NCBI GenBank assembly: GCA_965205675.1
Contig: OZ242186.1
Location: forward strand, 1,120,001-1,184,000
Length of the DNA: 64,000 nucleotides
DNA from: Nitrosopumilus sp.
GTDB lineage: Archaea > Thermoproteota > Nitrososphaeria > Nitrososphaerales > Nitrosopumilaceae
Reading direction: 5' to 3'
This document shows positions 1 to 10,098 of this stretch, one piece after another. Below the pieces are notes generated by a model, which saw nothing but the letters and a program-made list of their open reading frames with translations, was not told the DNA's origin and did not search any database. The position numbers and the translations under genes were made by a program. Within the stretch, counting starts at the first letter, position 1. Every line of letters starts with the position of its first letter.

Positions 1-271
1 ACAAAGTATTCCTGATGTTGAAATTAATGTCATTGATCCTATTCTTCGTAAGGGGTACTTGTTTCAAGGCAAATCTAGAATTCTTGAAGAGGGTACTTTG
101 TTCCAAGAGATACTATGTCATTATAGGCAAAAAGGAGTCAAGAGTCAGATAAATTCAATTGTTCTTGTAGATGTTTCTTTTGTCTCTCTTGTAACTTCAC
201 CTTTGTATGATCTTGGTATTTCAGAAGATGAAATAAAATCAAAATGGCAAAAACGCTTTGTAGATTTATGA
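1..271 (+). CDS. Pyridoxamine 5'-phosphate oxidase-like flavin-binding protein (5' truncated by window edge)
   Basis: Frame 2 is open from the window start: ...PDVEINVIDPILRKGYLFQGK...SPLYDLG, resembling PNPOx-like split-barrel proteins. Confidence 0.65.
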   Translation, partial: QSIPDVEINVIDPILRKGYLFQGKSRILEEGTLFQEILCHYRQKGVKSQINSIVLVDVSFVSLVTSPLYDLGISEDEIKSKWQKRFVDL

Positions 272-1045
272 TTTATTTGGTGATTGTGTAGTTTGTCTGA
301 GATTCTCCAAGTCTTTTTTTGTATTTTCATGTTCTCTTCTTTCTTTTTCTAATAATGTCTGAACTGTTTCCAATTCTCTTAGGGTTGTGTTGAGTTTTGA
401 TTTTAAAGATCCTACTACAGCACTTGCGGCCTCTATGATTCCTGCAGAACTTTTTTGATTTGCTTTATCTGCACCTATGAATTCTTTCTCAGATGGGGTT
501 AAAATACTGGCATCTTCAAAAGTGTCTTTTTTATTTAGTTCTTCTTTTGCATTATATAATCTAGAGTTTGCCCCCTCTAATTCTTTTTCAACTTCTACTT
601 GCTGTTTTTTGATATTGTGTAATGTTGCTTGTTCTTGTGCTATCTGTTCTTTGATTTTTTCGCATTTTTTTGTAAATTCATCTAACTCTTCTTTAATTTT
701 TGAATGTTCTCCTTTTGTCTTGTTGAATTGTTCTACGGATTTTGCGTCTTTGATTAATTCTGATTTTTTGTTTCTTTCTTCAATTTCTTTATGCTTGCGT
801 TGAATTATATCCAATTCCATTTTTTTTTGATTAAATTCTTTTTTTACTAACATTAGACTGCTAACTGTTGAATCATATTCTTCTTTTACAGATGTGATTT
901 TTTGTGTAATTTCGTCTAATTTTCTTTGTTTTTCTCTAGATTCTTCTTGTATTTTTTCTATTTTTGTCTCAAGTTCTGTTTTCAGAGTTATTTCTTCTTT
1001 CTCATCTACAGTTTTTTCTACTTTCTTTTTACCAAAAAATCCCAT
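266..1045 (-). CDS. Coiled-coil hypothetical protein
   Basis: 259-aa E/K-rich heptad-like ORF beginning MGFFGKKK. Confidence 0.75.
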   Translation of the reverse strand: MGFFGKKKVEKTVDEKEEITLKTELETKIEKIQEESREKQRKLDEITQKITSVKEEYDSTVSSLMLVKKEFNQKKMELDIIQRKHKEIEERNKKSELIKDAKSVEQFNKTKGEHSKIKEELDEFTKKCEKIKEQIAQEQATLHNIKKQQVEVEKELEGANSRLYNAKEELNKKDTFEDASILTPSEKEFIGADKANQKSSAGIIEAASAVVGSLKSKLNTTLRELETVQTLLEKERREHENTKKDLENLRQTTQSPNKS

Positions 1046-1084
1046 ATCTGTACACCCTGACTTTTTCCAAAAGATGAACCTTTC

Positions 1085-1285
1085 TTATGTCTTTTTTATT
1101 TGCCCTCTGAAAAATTTAAGATAGAATCCAATACTGCCAATAATTGTGCCTCCAATTATTGACATTGTGCCTAACTCACGCATATCTTGGTAGATATTTG
1201 GTGCAAGAAATAACAATAATGCTCCTAGTATAATTAATGCAAATCCTCCACTGTTTTTTGATCTGTTATGTTCTCCGTGAACCAT
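1085..1285 (-). CDS. Small two-TM membrane protein
   Basis: 66 aa, two hydrophobic segments, 2 nt downstream of the lysS stop. Confidence 0.65.
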   Translation of the reverse strand: MVHGEHNRSKNSGGFALIILGALLLFLAPNIYQDMRELGTMSIIGGTIIGSIGFYLKFFRGQIKKT

Positions 1286-1287
1286 GA

Positions 1288-2877
1288 TCAGATGTACTCT
1301 GAGAGTGTTTTTGCTACTTGTTTTCGTCCGATATCTGAAATGAATGGTCCTATTTTTGGCCCTTTAGATGTCCCAAGTATGATTTGGTATAATATTTTAA
1401 AGAAATCTTTTGGCTGCATGCCATTTGATTTTGCAATTTGGTATATTGTATTTTGAATGTCTTCTAGTTCTGAGTCTCCTCCCAACACGTCTACAAGTAA
1501 TTTTAGTGCCTTTTTTGCAGTTTCATCTAAATCTATTTTTATTTTTTCTTGTTCATTAAATTCATTTGAATAATTGCCTGCAAGTTCTATGAGTTTTTCT
1601 ATTTCTGTTTCTGGTGATTTGATTACCCTGTAATCTAATAATTTCTTCATTATTCTTTCAGTTCTATTTTCTTTGAATATTTTTGCCAATTCAATTAATA
1701 ATCTATAGTTTACATGTGTGCTTGATTGTTTTGGTGGATTTAAGAGATTTACATATTCATATAATCCTTTAGATTTTATCAACTTTGCTTGATTCTCTAC
1801 TTTGATTCGTTCAAAGTAAATGTCTTCTAATTCATTATATTCGTTCATAAGCGATGGAATATCATCAAATCCTAATTCTCTTGCACCTGTAATTCTTTTG
1901 TAAAGTAATAGTAAGATTGATTTTGGACTACCAAACTCTAACCATTTTTGTGCAGTAATTACATTTCCTAATGATTTTGAAATTTTCTTTCCCCCTTTAT
2001 CAAGAAACATTTCATATTTTACATGGTGTGGATGTGGGAACTCTAAAATTTCATCTGCTACCCAATCATTTACTTTGACTGAGTCCATGATGTCTTTTCC
2101 ATATGCTTCAAATCTAATATCAAATGCAGTCCATCTTGCTGCAAATTCTACTTTCCATGCTAATTTTCCCAGGTCTTTTCTAATATCTGCCTCTCCTGTG
2201 TGACCACATCCTTTGACTCTCTTTGAGCTAATTTCCGCATCATGACAAGTGTACTTTACTTTCTTTTCATCTGTAATGTATTCTGAGGCTTCTGCAGTAT
2301 AGAGACGATTACAATTTGCACATACTGGAAAATATGGCAAGTATTTTTGATATTTTTCTTGTCCCACAAGTTCTGAGATTTTATCTCCAATTTTTGTACT
2401 GTTTGCTAGGATTGTGTGGATTTGTTCTTTTAGCAATCCTTGCTCGTACGTGTCTTTTGCTCTTCTAAATTCATATTTTATTCCAACTTTGTCTAATCCA
2501 TCCAGTAAAATACTACTCATATGCATCCCATACGAATCATGACAACCGTAAGGATCTGGAATTAATGACACTGGTTTTGCAATATGTTCTTCTAATCCAA
2601 ACTCTTGCATTCCTTCTGGAATTTTCCGTAGTCCGTCTAAATCATCTGAATATGCTATCAATTCTGATTTATATCCTAAATTTTCTAATGCTAGTTTAAC
2701 ACCATATGCTCTAACTGCATCTCCTAAACTTCCAATGTGTGGTATTCCTGATGCGCCCAATCCACTTTCTACTCGGAGTGTATCTGTATTTCTACCAAGA
2801 ATTTTTTCACGTTTTAATAATTCTGAAGCTAATTTATCAATCCAAGTTCCTTTTCCAATAATTTTCTGCTCCATCAT
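1288..2877 (-). CDS. lysS: Class I lysyl-tRNA synthetase
   Basis: SGIPHIG (HIGH-like), KISKSLG (KMSKS-like), GKLAWKVEF, GPKIGPF. Confidence 0.95.
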   Translation of the reverse strand: MMEQKIIGKGTWIDKLASELLKREKILGRNTDTLRVESGLGASGIPHIGSLGDAVRAYGVKLALENLGYKSELIAYSDDLDGLRKIPEGMQEFGLEEHIAKPVSLIPDPYGCHDSYGMHMSSILLDGLDKVGIKYEFRRAKDTYEQGLLKEQIHTILANSTKIGDKISELVGQEKYQKYLPYFPVCANCNRLYTAEASEYITDEKKVKYTCHDAEISSKRVKGCGHTGEADIRKDLGKLAWKVEFAARWTAFDIRFEAYGKDIMDSVKVNDWVADEILEFPHPHHVKYEMFLDKGGKKISKSLGNVITAQKWLEFGSPKSILLLLYKRITGARELGFDDIPSLMNEYNELEDIYFERIKVENQAKLIKSKGLYEYVNLLNPPKQSSTHVNYRLLIELAKIFKENRTERIMKKLLDYRVIKSPETEIEKLIELAGNYSNEFNEQEKIKIDLDETAKKALKLLVDVLGGDSELEDIQNTIYQIAKSNGMQPKDFFKILYQIILGTSKGPKIGPFISDIGRKQVAKTLSEYI

Positions 2878-2886
2878 TTCTTTTCA

Positions 2887-4470
2887 CTAGTTCAATGTTT
2901 TAGACATGTATGGCCCATATAACGAATACCCTAATTTTTGATAATATTCTCTTGTCCCTACTGCACTAATCACTAGTAATTTTTTTACATCAAATTCTTC
3001 TTTAGATATTTTTTCTGCTTCTTTCATTAGATTTTTACCCAGTCCGGCGTGCTGAATTTCTTCTTCTGTCTTTTCTCCAAGCTTTAATGATTTTCCATAT
3101 ACATGAATCTCTCTTACTATGCATGTATTTTGATTAATTTCATCTCTGTGTGCGTCACTGCTTGGCTTTCTTAATCTTAAAAATCCATAAATTGATTCAT
3201 TCTTATCTTCATACGACAAGAACACTTCTTTTCCTCCTGATGAATTATAATCAATTCTATTTAATTTCAAATCTCTGTTTGTTTTTTCTTTTGTCAGCCC
3301 TGCCTCTCTACATCTGATACATTTACAAGATAATCCCTGTTTGGCAAGATTTTGATGTACGATTTGTCTCAAATTCCCAGATTTTGGACCTGCGATAATC
3401 TCTCCAGGAGATATTTCTCTTTGTACTCTCATAATTCTGACCCATTTTGGAACATTTCTTTTTGCTTCTGTTAGTACATTGATCATGTCTTCATCTGAAT
3501 ATGGCGTGTACTTTCCTTGTTTGTATTCTTCATACAATGGCGTATTTTCAATGACTAGTGATGGATAAATTTTCAGCATGTCTGGACGTAATTGCGGGTC
3601 TGAAAATAACTTTTTAAAATCTGCAACGTCTTCTTCGGGTTTCATGGTGGGCAATCCAGGCATCATGTGTGCCACTAACTTGTAACCGGCATCTTTTGAG
3701 ATTTGAAATGATTCTACTACGTCATTGTAATTGTGACCTCTGTTGACTATTTTGTATACTCTTTCTTGTAATGATTGGACTCCGATCTCTATTCTTGTAA
3801 TTCCATAACTTAACATTAAATCCACGTGCTCTTTTTTGCAATAATCTGGCTTTGTTTCAATGGTAAAACCTACATTTCTTATTATTGCATGTTCATTGTT
3901 GGTTTTTGCTTCTTCTAAATTTTTAGAATCCATTACATTTAATGCATCATAGCATGATTTTATGAAATCTTTTTGATAGTCTTTTGGCATAAATAGAAAT
4001 GTACCCCCCACAATTACAATTTCCATTTTAGATGGGTTGTGACCAAACGCAACTAGTTTTTCAATTTTTGATGCAATTTGTAATTTGGGATCAAACTCAT
4101 TTTGAATTGCATTTAGTGACGACGGTTCTTTTCCGGTATAACTGTTGGGCGAATTAAATTCAATCCCTCCCGGACAATATGTACACCGTCCATGGGGACA
4201 AGCATATGGTTTGGGCATTAATGCTACTATGGATACTCCTGATGCTGTTTTTGCAGGTTTCCGCATTAACACTTTTTTTAGTTTATCAAAATCTGATTCT
4301 TTTACCATTGATAATATTTCATAATTTTTAGGAATTCTTTCCAATGCATATTTTGTACAGATTTTTATGATTTCTTCTCTTACTTGTTTTTTACTTGGTT
4401 CTTGAATTGTTAAAAGATTTTGTGTGATTTCATCACATGCTTTTAAAATAACAGGGTCAAGCTTGTTCAT
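2887..4470 (-). CDS. elp3: Elp3 tRNA U34 carboxymethyl synthase (radical SAM + KAT)
   Basis: CPHGRCTYCPGG, ETKPDYC, LKIYP, REIHVYG, QHAGLG, ISAVGTREYY. Confidence 0.95.
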   Translation of the reverse strand: MNKLDPVILKACDEITQNLLTIQEPSKKQVREEIIKICTKYALERIPKNYEILSMVKESDFDKLKKVLMRKPAKTASGVSIVALMPKPYACPHGRCTYCPGGIEFNSPNSYTGKEPSSLNAIQNEFDPKLQIASKIEKLVAFGHNPSKMEIVIVGGTFLFMPKDYQKDFIKSCYDALNVMDSKNLEEAKTNNEHAIIRNVGFTIETKPDYCKKEHVDLMLSYGITRIEIGVQSLQERVYKIVNRGHNYNDVVESFQISKDAGYKLVAHMMPGLPTMKPEEDVADFKKLFSDPQLRPDMLKIYPSLVIENTPLYEEYKQGKYTPYSDEDMINVLTEAKRNVPKWVRIMRVQREISPGEIIAGPKSGNLRQIVHQNLAKQGLSCKCIRCREAGLTKEKTNRDLKLNRIDYNSSGGKEVFLSYEDKNESIYGFLRLRKPSSDAHRDEINQNTCIVREIHVYGKSLKLGEKTEEEIQHAGLGKNLMKEAEKISKEEFDVKKLLVISAVGTREYYQKLGYSLYGPYMSKTLN

Positions 4471-4526
4471 AAATGATCATTTTGATTTGGACATAAATTC
4501 GTTAAATAATTTGATATATTTCGTAT

Positions 4527-4877
4527 CTATCGACGCCTAGATATCCTTCTTTTGGCTATCTTTTTAGCGGGTTTTCTCTTTACTACCTTTTTCTTTACTA
4601 CCTTTTTCTTTACTACCTTTTTCTTTACTATAATCTTTTTAGCGGGTTTTCTCTTTACTACCTTTTTCTTTACTACCTTTTTCTTTACTACCTTTTTCTT
4701 TACTATAATCTTTTTAGCGGGTTTTCTCTTTACTACCTTTTTCTTTACTACCTTTTTCTTTACTACCTTTTTTACCATATTTTCTTTGATATTTTTTAAT
4801 TCGTTTAGTTCTAATTGGATTTTTTTAATCTCTTCAATCATTTCTTTTTTAAATAATTCATTGCTTATTTCGGACAT
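4527..4877 (-). CDS. Lysine-rich histone H1-like pentapeptide-repeat protein
   Basis: Short N-terminal coiled coil, then KKKVV/KRKPA/KKIIV pentamers and an Arg-rich tail. Confidence 0.7.
   Translation of the reverse strand: MSEISNELFKKEMIEEIKKIQLELNELKNIKENMVKKVVKKKVVKKKVVKRKPAKKIIVKKKVVKKKVVKKKVVKRKPAKKIIVKKKVVKKKVVKKKVVKRKPAKKIAKRRISRRR
4555..4776. repeat. Hierarchical tandem repeat: 15-bp units in a 75-bp higher-order period
   Basis: GCGGGTTTTCTC at 4567, 4642 and 4717; TTACTACCTTTTTCT subunits. Confidence 0.9.
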
Positions 4878-4941
4878 GAGTTAAACTAGAGAATTTTCTG
4901 TGTAATTTAAGACTTTTTGAGAATCTATTCTGTTCTTATAT

Positions 4942-6180
4942 CTATACAGTGTTTTCTGTAGATGGATCTCCTTCTCGTTTTTGTTCTTTTCTATATTCCA
5001 TCTTTAACCATATTGGAGTAATAATTGTTGTAACTGCCACCATTATTACAATTGTAGAATATACGGATGTTGATAGAACTCCTGCTGTTACGCCCACGCC
5101 GGCCACAATCAACCCGACTTCCCCTCTAGAAATCATTCCTATCCCTACTCTCATTCCTTGTGCCTTGCTTTTCAAAAAGAACATGGCAGGTAGTCCACAT
5201 CCAAATAACTTTGTTACGATTGCTATTACAATAATTGCTCCACTTAGTATCAGAATATTCAAATCTACTGCTCTTAGATCTACTTGCGCTCCAATTATTG
5301 CAAAGAATAATGGTGCAAAAATCAATCCTATTTTGCCAATAAAGTTCTCTACTTTCTCAAATACTTTGGTAGTTGACAAAGCCATTCCTACTGCAAATGC
5401 ACCTACAATCGGTGAAAGTTCTAAGAGTCCGGCTACTGCTGCAGCACCAAAGAACGCTGCAGTAGCTATCCCTTCCACACTGCCTTTTGCTTTCCACAGT
5501 CTTGGTGTGATTACTTTTGGAATTATTATAACGGCTGTAATCAGCATTATTGCAAAGAATCCTAATACTTTCAAAATTGTTACTGTTACTTCAGTAATGT
5601 CTATGCTCTCAACTCCTCCATCTGAACCAGTAATGGATATTACTACTGACAAGACTGCAATTGCTAAAATATCATCTACCACTGCTGCTCCAATTATCAA
5701 TCTAGCTTCGGGAGTTTTGATTTTTCCAAATTCGTTTAACACTTGAATTGAAATTGCAATACTTGTGGCAGTAAGTGCTGTTGCAATCAACATTGATTCT
5801 AATGCCTCAAATCCAAATATCCCAAATACTGCCAATCCTGCAAAAAATGGGACTATTACTCCCAATGTTCCTACTGTAAATGATGCTTTACCTCCTCTGA
5901 GAAATTCTTTCGGCGTCATTTCCAATCCGGCCATAAACAAAATAACAATTGCTCCCATCTCCCCTAAAATTTTGATTTCATCATTGATGTGTAACACTTG
6001 TTTGCCATCGATTACAAAAAATTGTCCTAATGCAAATGGACCTATGATCATACCTGCAAGTAATTCTCCTAATACAATTGGAAGTTTTAATCTGAGGAAA
6101 AGTTCTGCCATTAATTTAGCCGCAAATAAAAGTATGCCTACGCCTATGATTGTTTCAATGAAATGCGCCTCTGCTGCCAT
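4942..6180 (-). CDS. Cation:proton antiporter (CPA2 family)
   Basis: Multi-TM; GELLAG, LFMAGLE, ATSIAIS, AAVVDDILA, GMISRGEV. Confidence 0.92.
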   Translation of the reverse strand: MAAEAHFIETIIGVGILLFAAKLMAELFLRLKLPIVLGELLAGMIIGPFALGQFFVIDGKQVLHINDEIKILGEMGAIVILFMAGLEMTPKEFLRGGKASFTVGTLGVIVPFFAGLAVFGIFGFEALESMLIATALTATSIAISIQVLNEFGKIKTPEARLIIGAAVVDDILAIAVLSVVISITGSDGGVESIDITEVTVTILKVLGFFAIMLITAVIIIPKVITPRLWKAKGSVEGIATAAFFGAAAVAGLLELSPIVGAFAVGMALSTTKVFEKVENFIGKIGLIFAPLFFAIIGAQVDLRAVDLNILILSGAIIVIAIVTKLFGCGLPAMFFLKSKAQGMRVGIGMISRGEVGLIVAGVGVTAGVLSTSVYSTIVIMVAVTTIITPIWLKMEYRKEQKREGDPSTENTV

Positions 6181-6426
6181 CTTCTCTCTTAATTGATGAA
6201 AAATCTGTCATATAAGGTGATACTAGATCGAAAATTATTTTGTTGTTGTTAAATTAAATCGTTCCAGATATAGAGTTATTATTCAGATCAGGAAAAATTC
6301 TGATATGGGATTCAAAAAAAGGCATTAACAAATGTGTAGAATATGAGAAGAAAATGAAAAAAGATCCTAACAAAACGGCATGTGTAGCAAATGCTGCTCA
6401 GTCCAAGATCGTATTGAATCAACGTT

Positions 6427-7311
6427 CAACTCATCTCAAAACCCTACAACACATCAAAATAATGCAATGTTATCTAACCCAAGATAATTTTCTGCCTACT
6501 CTTTCATATCTGATTGCGGTTCTTGCAGAATCCACACTTGAGCCATGCAAAGAATCTCTCCACAACATAACGAATCGTGTTATATTTTTTGCATGATTTA
6601 TTTTTTGCATGATTTATTTTTTATTGCTCCAGTATTATTTTTTCTAAGTGGAATATAGGGATTGATGTTTCTGTTTCTCAAATAATTTCTAATTGATTTT
6701 GCATCATAACCTTTGTCTGCATAAACTGAAACAATTTCCCTCACCATCTACAAAATCAGAGATGTTTTCTATTACATCAGCTAATTTTGTGGAATCATGG
6801 AATATTTGCAGAATCCATTGCAATAGATATCGGTAAACCGTTTTGTTCTACTGCAACATGAATTTTTGTGCCTGTAATCTCTTTGAAACCATCTCTTCTT
6901 ATATCGTTACCCCTTTTTTGCAGCAACCCTTGAGGAGTAAGCTGGTACTTTTTGTGAATTAATCTTACCAGATGAGTAAGCTGGTTTTATTGCAGATTTT
7001 AGAATATTTCATCCATATTCCTCTTTGTTGCCATCTGTTTAATCTTTTAATTTGCAGTATTCATCACCATACTTTTTTGGCATGTCATCCCATCTACACC
7101 CAGTAGTTAGGACGTAGATTATTCCATTGATGATTTTTCTATCTTCATCTCTCAGTCTGTCTGTTTTTGTAGGTGAAGGAACATGTAGTTCTGATATTTC
7201 CGTTGTTTGTTTGTCAATTCTTGATATTTTACGGACTAGCTTGACTGTGATTGTTCATAGATCCAAATGATCATCAATCATTTACTAAATGAACTGTTTT
7301 GAGATGAGTTG
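6427..7311 (-). mobile_element. Decayed IS5-family element with frameshifted transposase
   Basis: 16-bp terminal IRs CAACTCATCTCAAAAC / GTTTTGAGATGAGTTG; minus-strand fragments IINGIIYVLTTGCRWDDMPKKYG, GTKIHVAV, YADKGYDA, RYVVERFFAWLK; internal 18-bp duplication near 6590-6620. Confidence 0.88.
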
Positions 7312-7428
7312 TTTATACAAAGAATTAATCAATGAGATGCGTCCTTAATCAAGTCTTGATTTGCTAGCAGACTTTATTTTTGACTAAAATAATTTTATGT
7401 GTAAATTAAATCAAAAATAATCCTTTTG

Positions 7429-7578
7429 TTATCTTTGCGTGTTTTCTGTTATTTTTTTTAATTCAGAAAGAATCAAAACCAATATCTCCTTCTCGCTTAA
7501 TTTCAAAAGTTCTGTTGTTTCTTCTTCTGTAAATTTGATTTCTTCATTTATTTTTTCATATGTTTTAAGATCAACCAT
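7429..7578 (-). CDS. Putative 49-aa small protein
   Basis: ATG-TAA ORF MVDLKTYEKINEEIKFTEEETTELLKLSEKEILVLILSELKKITENTQR, below the ORF-track cutoff. Confidence 0.4.
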   Translation of the reverse strand: MVDLKTYEKINEEIKFTEEETTELLKLSEKEILVLILSELKKITENTQR

Positions 7579-7739
7579 GTATCAAAACAAGTTACAGGAT
7601 TTATTAAATTTATCAATAATTGATTCAGCATAGATTTCTAATCAAAAAATATCATAGTTTCTAATCTCAAGTGTTGTTTTTGAGTATTTTTTGAGTTTTT
7701 ACTATACAATTTTTGTAGAATTTACAAAAAACAAAGGAA

Positions 7740-7922
7740 TTGCATAATACAAAAAAATACAAAGATAAAAATAATAAACCACTTTTAAGGATTGATTGTT
7801 TGCTTGTTGTGTATTTTCAGCACAATAATGAGGTCATAGTTACAACTAATGACGGTTTGTTAAATCAAACCATAATTGGTTTAGGTGGAAAAACATGTAC
7901 ATTTTTTGATATGATTACATAG
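7740..7922 (+). pseudogene. Possible C-terminal remnant of a PIN-domain protein
   Basis: RIDCLL...IVTTNDGLL...LGG resembles PIN C-terminal acidic motifs; no convincing 5' half. Confidence 0.3.
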
Positions 7923-8147
7923 AAATTTGATTGTGTAACATTTTAAAAAACATACTATCATCGTATCATATTTAGAACATTGAATGTGAGACCTGCCTCT
8001 GAATTTGTATTTCTATGTGGCAATTTCACATATGGCTTTAATTGCTTATAATGTTCATTTGTGGTTTTTCGCCATTTGAATCAATCTTTGAATAATCCCT
8101 TTATTTTGAATAGTAATATTCATCTTTGATTATGTTATACCTTATAC

Positions 8148-8339
8148 ATGACTCCGAAGATCAACTGTCCTAATTGCCAACAAAAGGAATGGCTTGAAAA
8201 TAACGAGCTAAGCTACCTCCCAACGGTTATGAAAATGGATGACGACAAGTATGCTGCTGATACCAATAATGGTGTTCATGTTAGACTGTGGCGATGTAAC
8301 AATTGCATGTATCTTATGCAATTTTGGGAACCTGATTAA
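8148..8339 (+). CDS. Small zinc-ribbon protein
   Basis: CPNC...CNNC, 63 aa. Confidence 0.75.
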   Translation: MTPKINCPNCQQKEWLENNELSYLPTVMKMDDDKYAADTNNGVHVRLWRCNNCMYLMQFWEPD

Positions 8340-8414
8340 TTCAAAACCAATGTAATTCTTACAATATATTTTATTTTTTTATCAATTAATTTGAAGAAAA
8401 ATTTTAGATGATCA

Positions 8415-8428
8415 AAATGTAAATAAAC
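8415..8428 (+). promoter_or_regulatory. Promoter-like motif AAATGTAAATAAAC shared with the paralog promoter
   Basis: Same 14-mer lies 22 nt upstream of ATG 8451 and 21 nt upstream of ATG 15256 (15278-15291, minus). Confidence 0.6.
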
Positions 8429-8450
8429 AATACGTTATTTACTTTAAGGA

Positions 8451-9500
8451 ATGGCAGGAAAAACTAAAGCAAGTACTAAAAAAGATCTTCAAGTCAAAAT
8501 CGCAAATCTTGAAGCCAAAATAGCTAAATTGTCAACACAGCTTGAAGTTAAACCAGCTGAAAAACCTGCAGAAACTAAACCAGCTGAAAAACCTGTAGCA
8601 ACTACCAAACCAAAAGGTACACTGCCTAAAGGAATGGGCACAAAACCTGCAGAAACTAAACCAGCTGAAAAACCTGTAGCAACTACCAAACCAAAAGGTA
8701 CACTGCCTAAAGGAATGGGCACAAAACCTGCAGAAACTAAACCAGCTGAAAAACCTGTAGCAACTACCAAACCAAAAGGTACACTGCCTAAAGGAATGGA
8801 TGCAAAACCTGCAGAAACACCAAAACCATCTGAAACTACATCACAGCCTCCCGCAACTGTACAAGACGCATTAGAGAATGCATACATGACTGCTGCAATG
8901 ACTGATTTCCATCAGTACAGAGCCAAAGTCACAGGTTATTCTCCAGCTCCTAACAGATACTTTGTTAGATTAACTGCTCCTGTAGGAAAAGTTCCAACTA
9001 CAAACTGGAATGATCAAAAATCAACAGTGACTGGTTACACAGCAGTCTCAAACCAGTACTATGCAACAAGAGCAAGACTAGCATATCATCCATCTGATAA
9101 AACATTTGGAAGTTTTAGTGGAGTCAATATGTCAGTTGAAGGTGCAAGTGCACAAACTCAAACACAACAAGCACCACCTCCAGAACCACCAAAACCTGCA
9201 AAAGGCACTCTTCCAAAAGGTATGGCGCAAACACAACAGGCACATCCTCAGCAACAATCAACATATCTCACAAATGATGGAAAATCTAGAGACGAAAAAC
9301 TAGCCGACTATGAAGCAGATTACTTGCAAAGATTAGAACAACAAAAGATAGATGAAGAAAAAGCCTTTCAAGAATTACTTGAAACAGAAGCTAAAGCACA
9401 CGCTACAGCCAGTAGAGGTACATTACCCAAAGGATTTGAACCAAAATCTGAATCTGAAGCACCAAAAGCATCTAGAGGCACTCTACCAAAAGGTTTCTGA
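8451..9500 (+). CDS. Pro/Lys/Thr-rich repeat protein with GTLPKG[MF] motifs (long paralog A)
   Basis: 349 aa: N-terminal coiled coil, three 27-aa repeats, aromatic core, acidic helical extension, ends GTLPKGF. Confidence 0.85.
   Translation: MAGKTKASTKKDLQVKIANLEAKIAKLSTQLEVKPAEKPAETKPAEKPVATTKPKGTLPKGMGTKPAETKPAEKPVATTKPKGTLPKGMGTKPAETKPAEKPVATTKPKGTLPKGMDAKPAETPKPSETTSQPPATVQDALENAYMTAAMTDFHQYRAKVTGYSPAPNRYFVRLTAPVGKVPTTNWNDQKSTVTGYTAVSNQYYATRARLAYHPSDKTFGSFSGVNMSVEGASAQTQTQQAPPPEPPKPAKGTLPKGMAQTQQAHPQQQSTYLTNDGKSRDEKLADYEADYLQRLEQQKIDEEKAFQELLETEAKAHATASRGTLPKGFEPKSESEAPKASRGTLPKGF
8561..8798 (+). repeat. 81-bp tandem repeat, about 3 copies
   Basis: AAAACCTGCAGAAACTAAACC starts at 8561, 8642 and 8723. 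Confidence 0.92.
8723..9221 (+). repeat. 499-bp inverted repeat, arm 1
   Basis: Reverse complement of 14648-15146; no mismatch seen by eye. Confidence 0.92.
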
Positions 9501-9530
9501 CCTTTTTACAATCTTTTCTTTTACTTATTT

Positions 9531-9995
9531 TTATTTTGAATTTAGAAATTCTTGTAATACTTCTTTAGAATGTTCTGCAGGTTTTACTTTGGGATATATT
9601 TTGAAGATTTTTCCTTTCTCATTTACAAGGAATGTACTTCTCATAACTCCCATGTACTCTCGACCCATGAATTTTTTCTTACCCCAAACCCCAAACAAAT
9701 TTGAGATTTCTTTGTCTACGTCTGCTAACAGTGTATATTTGATTCCCATCTTGTTACAGAATTTTTTATGAGATTCAACATTATCTGGACTGACTCCTAT
9801 AATTTCTATTCCTTCTTTTTGGAATTTTTTATAGTCTTTAGAAAATCCGTCAGCTTCTGTGGTACATCCGGGTGTAAAATCTTTTGGATAAAAGTAAATA
9901 ACGTGTTTTTTGCCCTTAAAGTCACTTGATTTTACCTTCTCCCCATTTGCATCATTTACTACAAATTTTGGAACAGAATCTCCTTCAGAAATCAT
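9531..9995 (-). CDS. bcp: BCP-type peroxiredoxin
   Basis: YFYPKDFTPGCTTEA, GVSPD, RSTFLV. Confidence 0.93.
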   Translation of the reverse strand: MISEGDSVPKFVVNDANGEKVKSSDFKGKKHVIYFYPKDFTPGCTTEADGFSKDYKKFQKEGIEIIGVSPDNVESHKKFCNKMGIKYTLLADVDKEISNLFGVWGKKKFMGREYMGVMRSTFLVNEKGKIFKIYPKVKPAEHSKEVLQEFLNSK

Positions 9996-10098
9996 GTATT
10001 CTTCATTGGATTGTTCTATAATTAATTACTTTTTGAGATCAGTTGATCAGAAATCTAGGTCGAATCTTTTATATGGATATGCACAAGGCTTTAGCTTG

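Noticed and set aside
4552-4884. Antisense or alternate-frame ORFs over repeats and genes (e.g. 4552-4884, 4949-5746, 8489-8887, 39304-39687, 39393-39773)
   Set aside because: Shadows of genuine genes or repeats with no independent motifs
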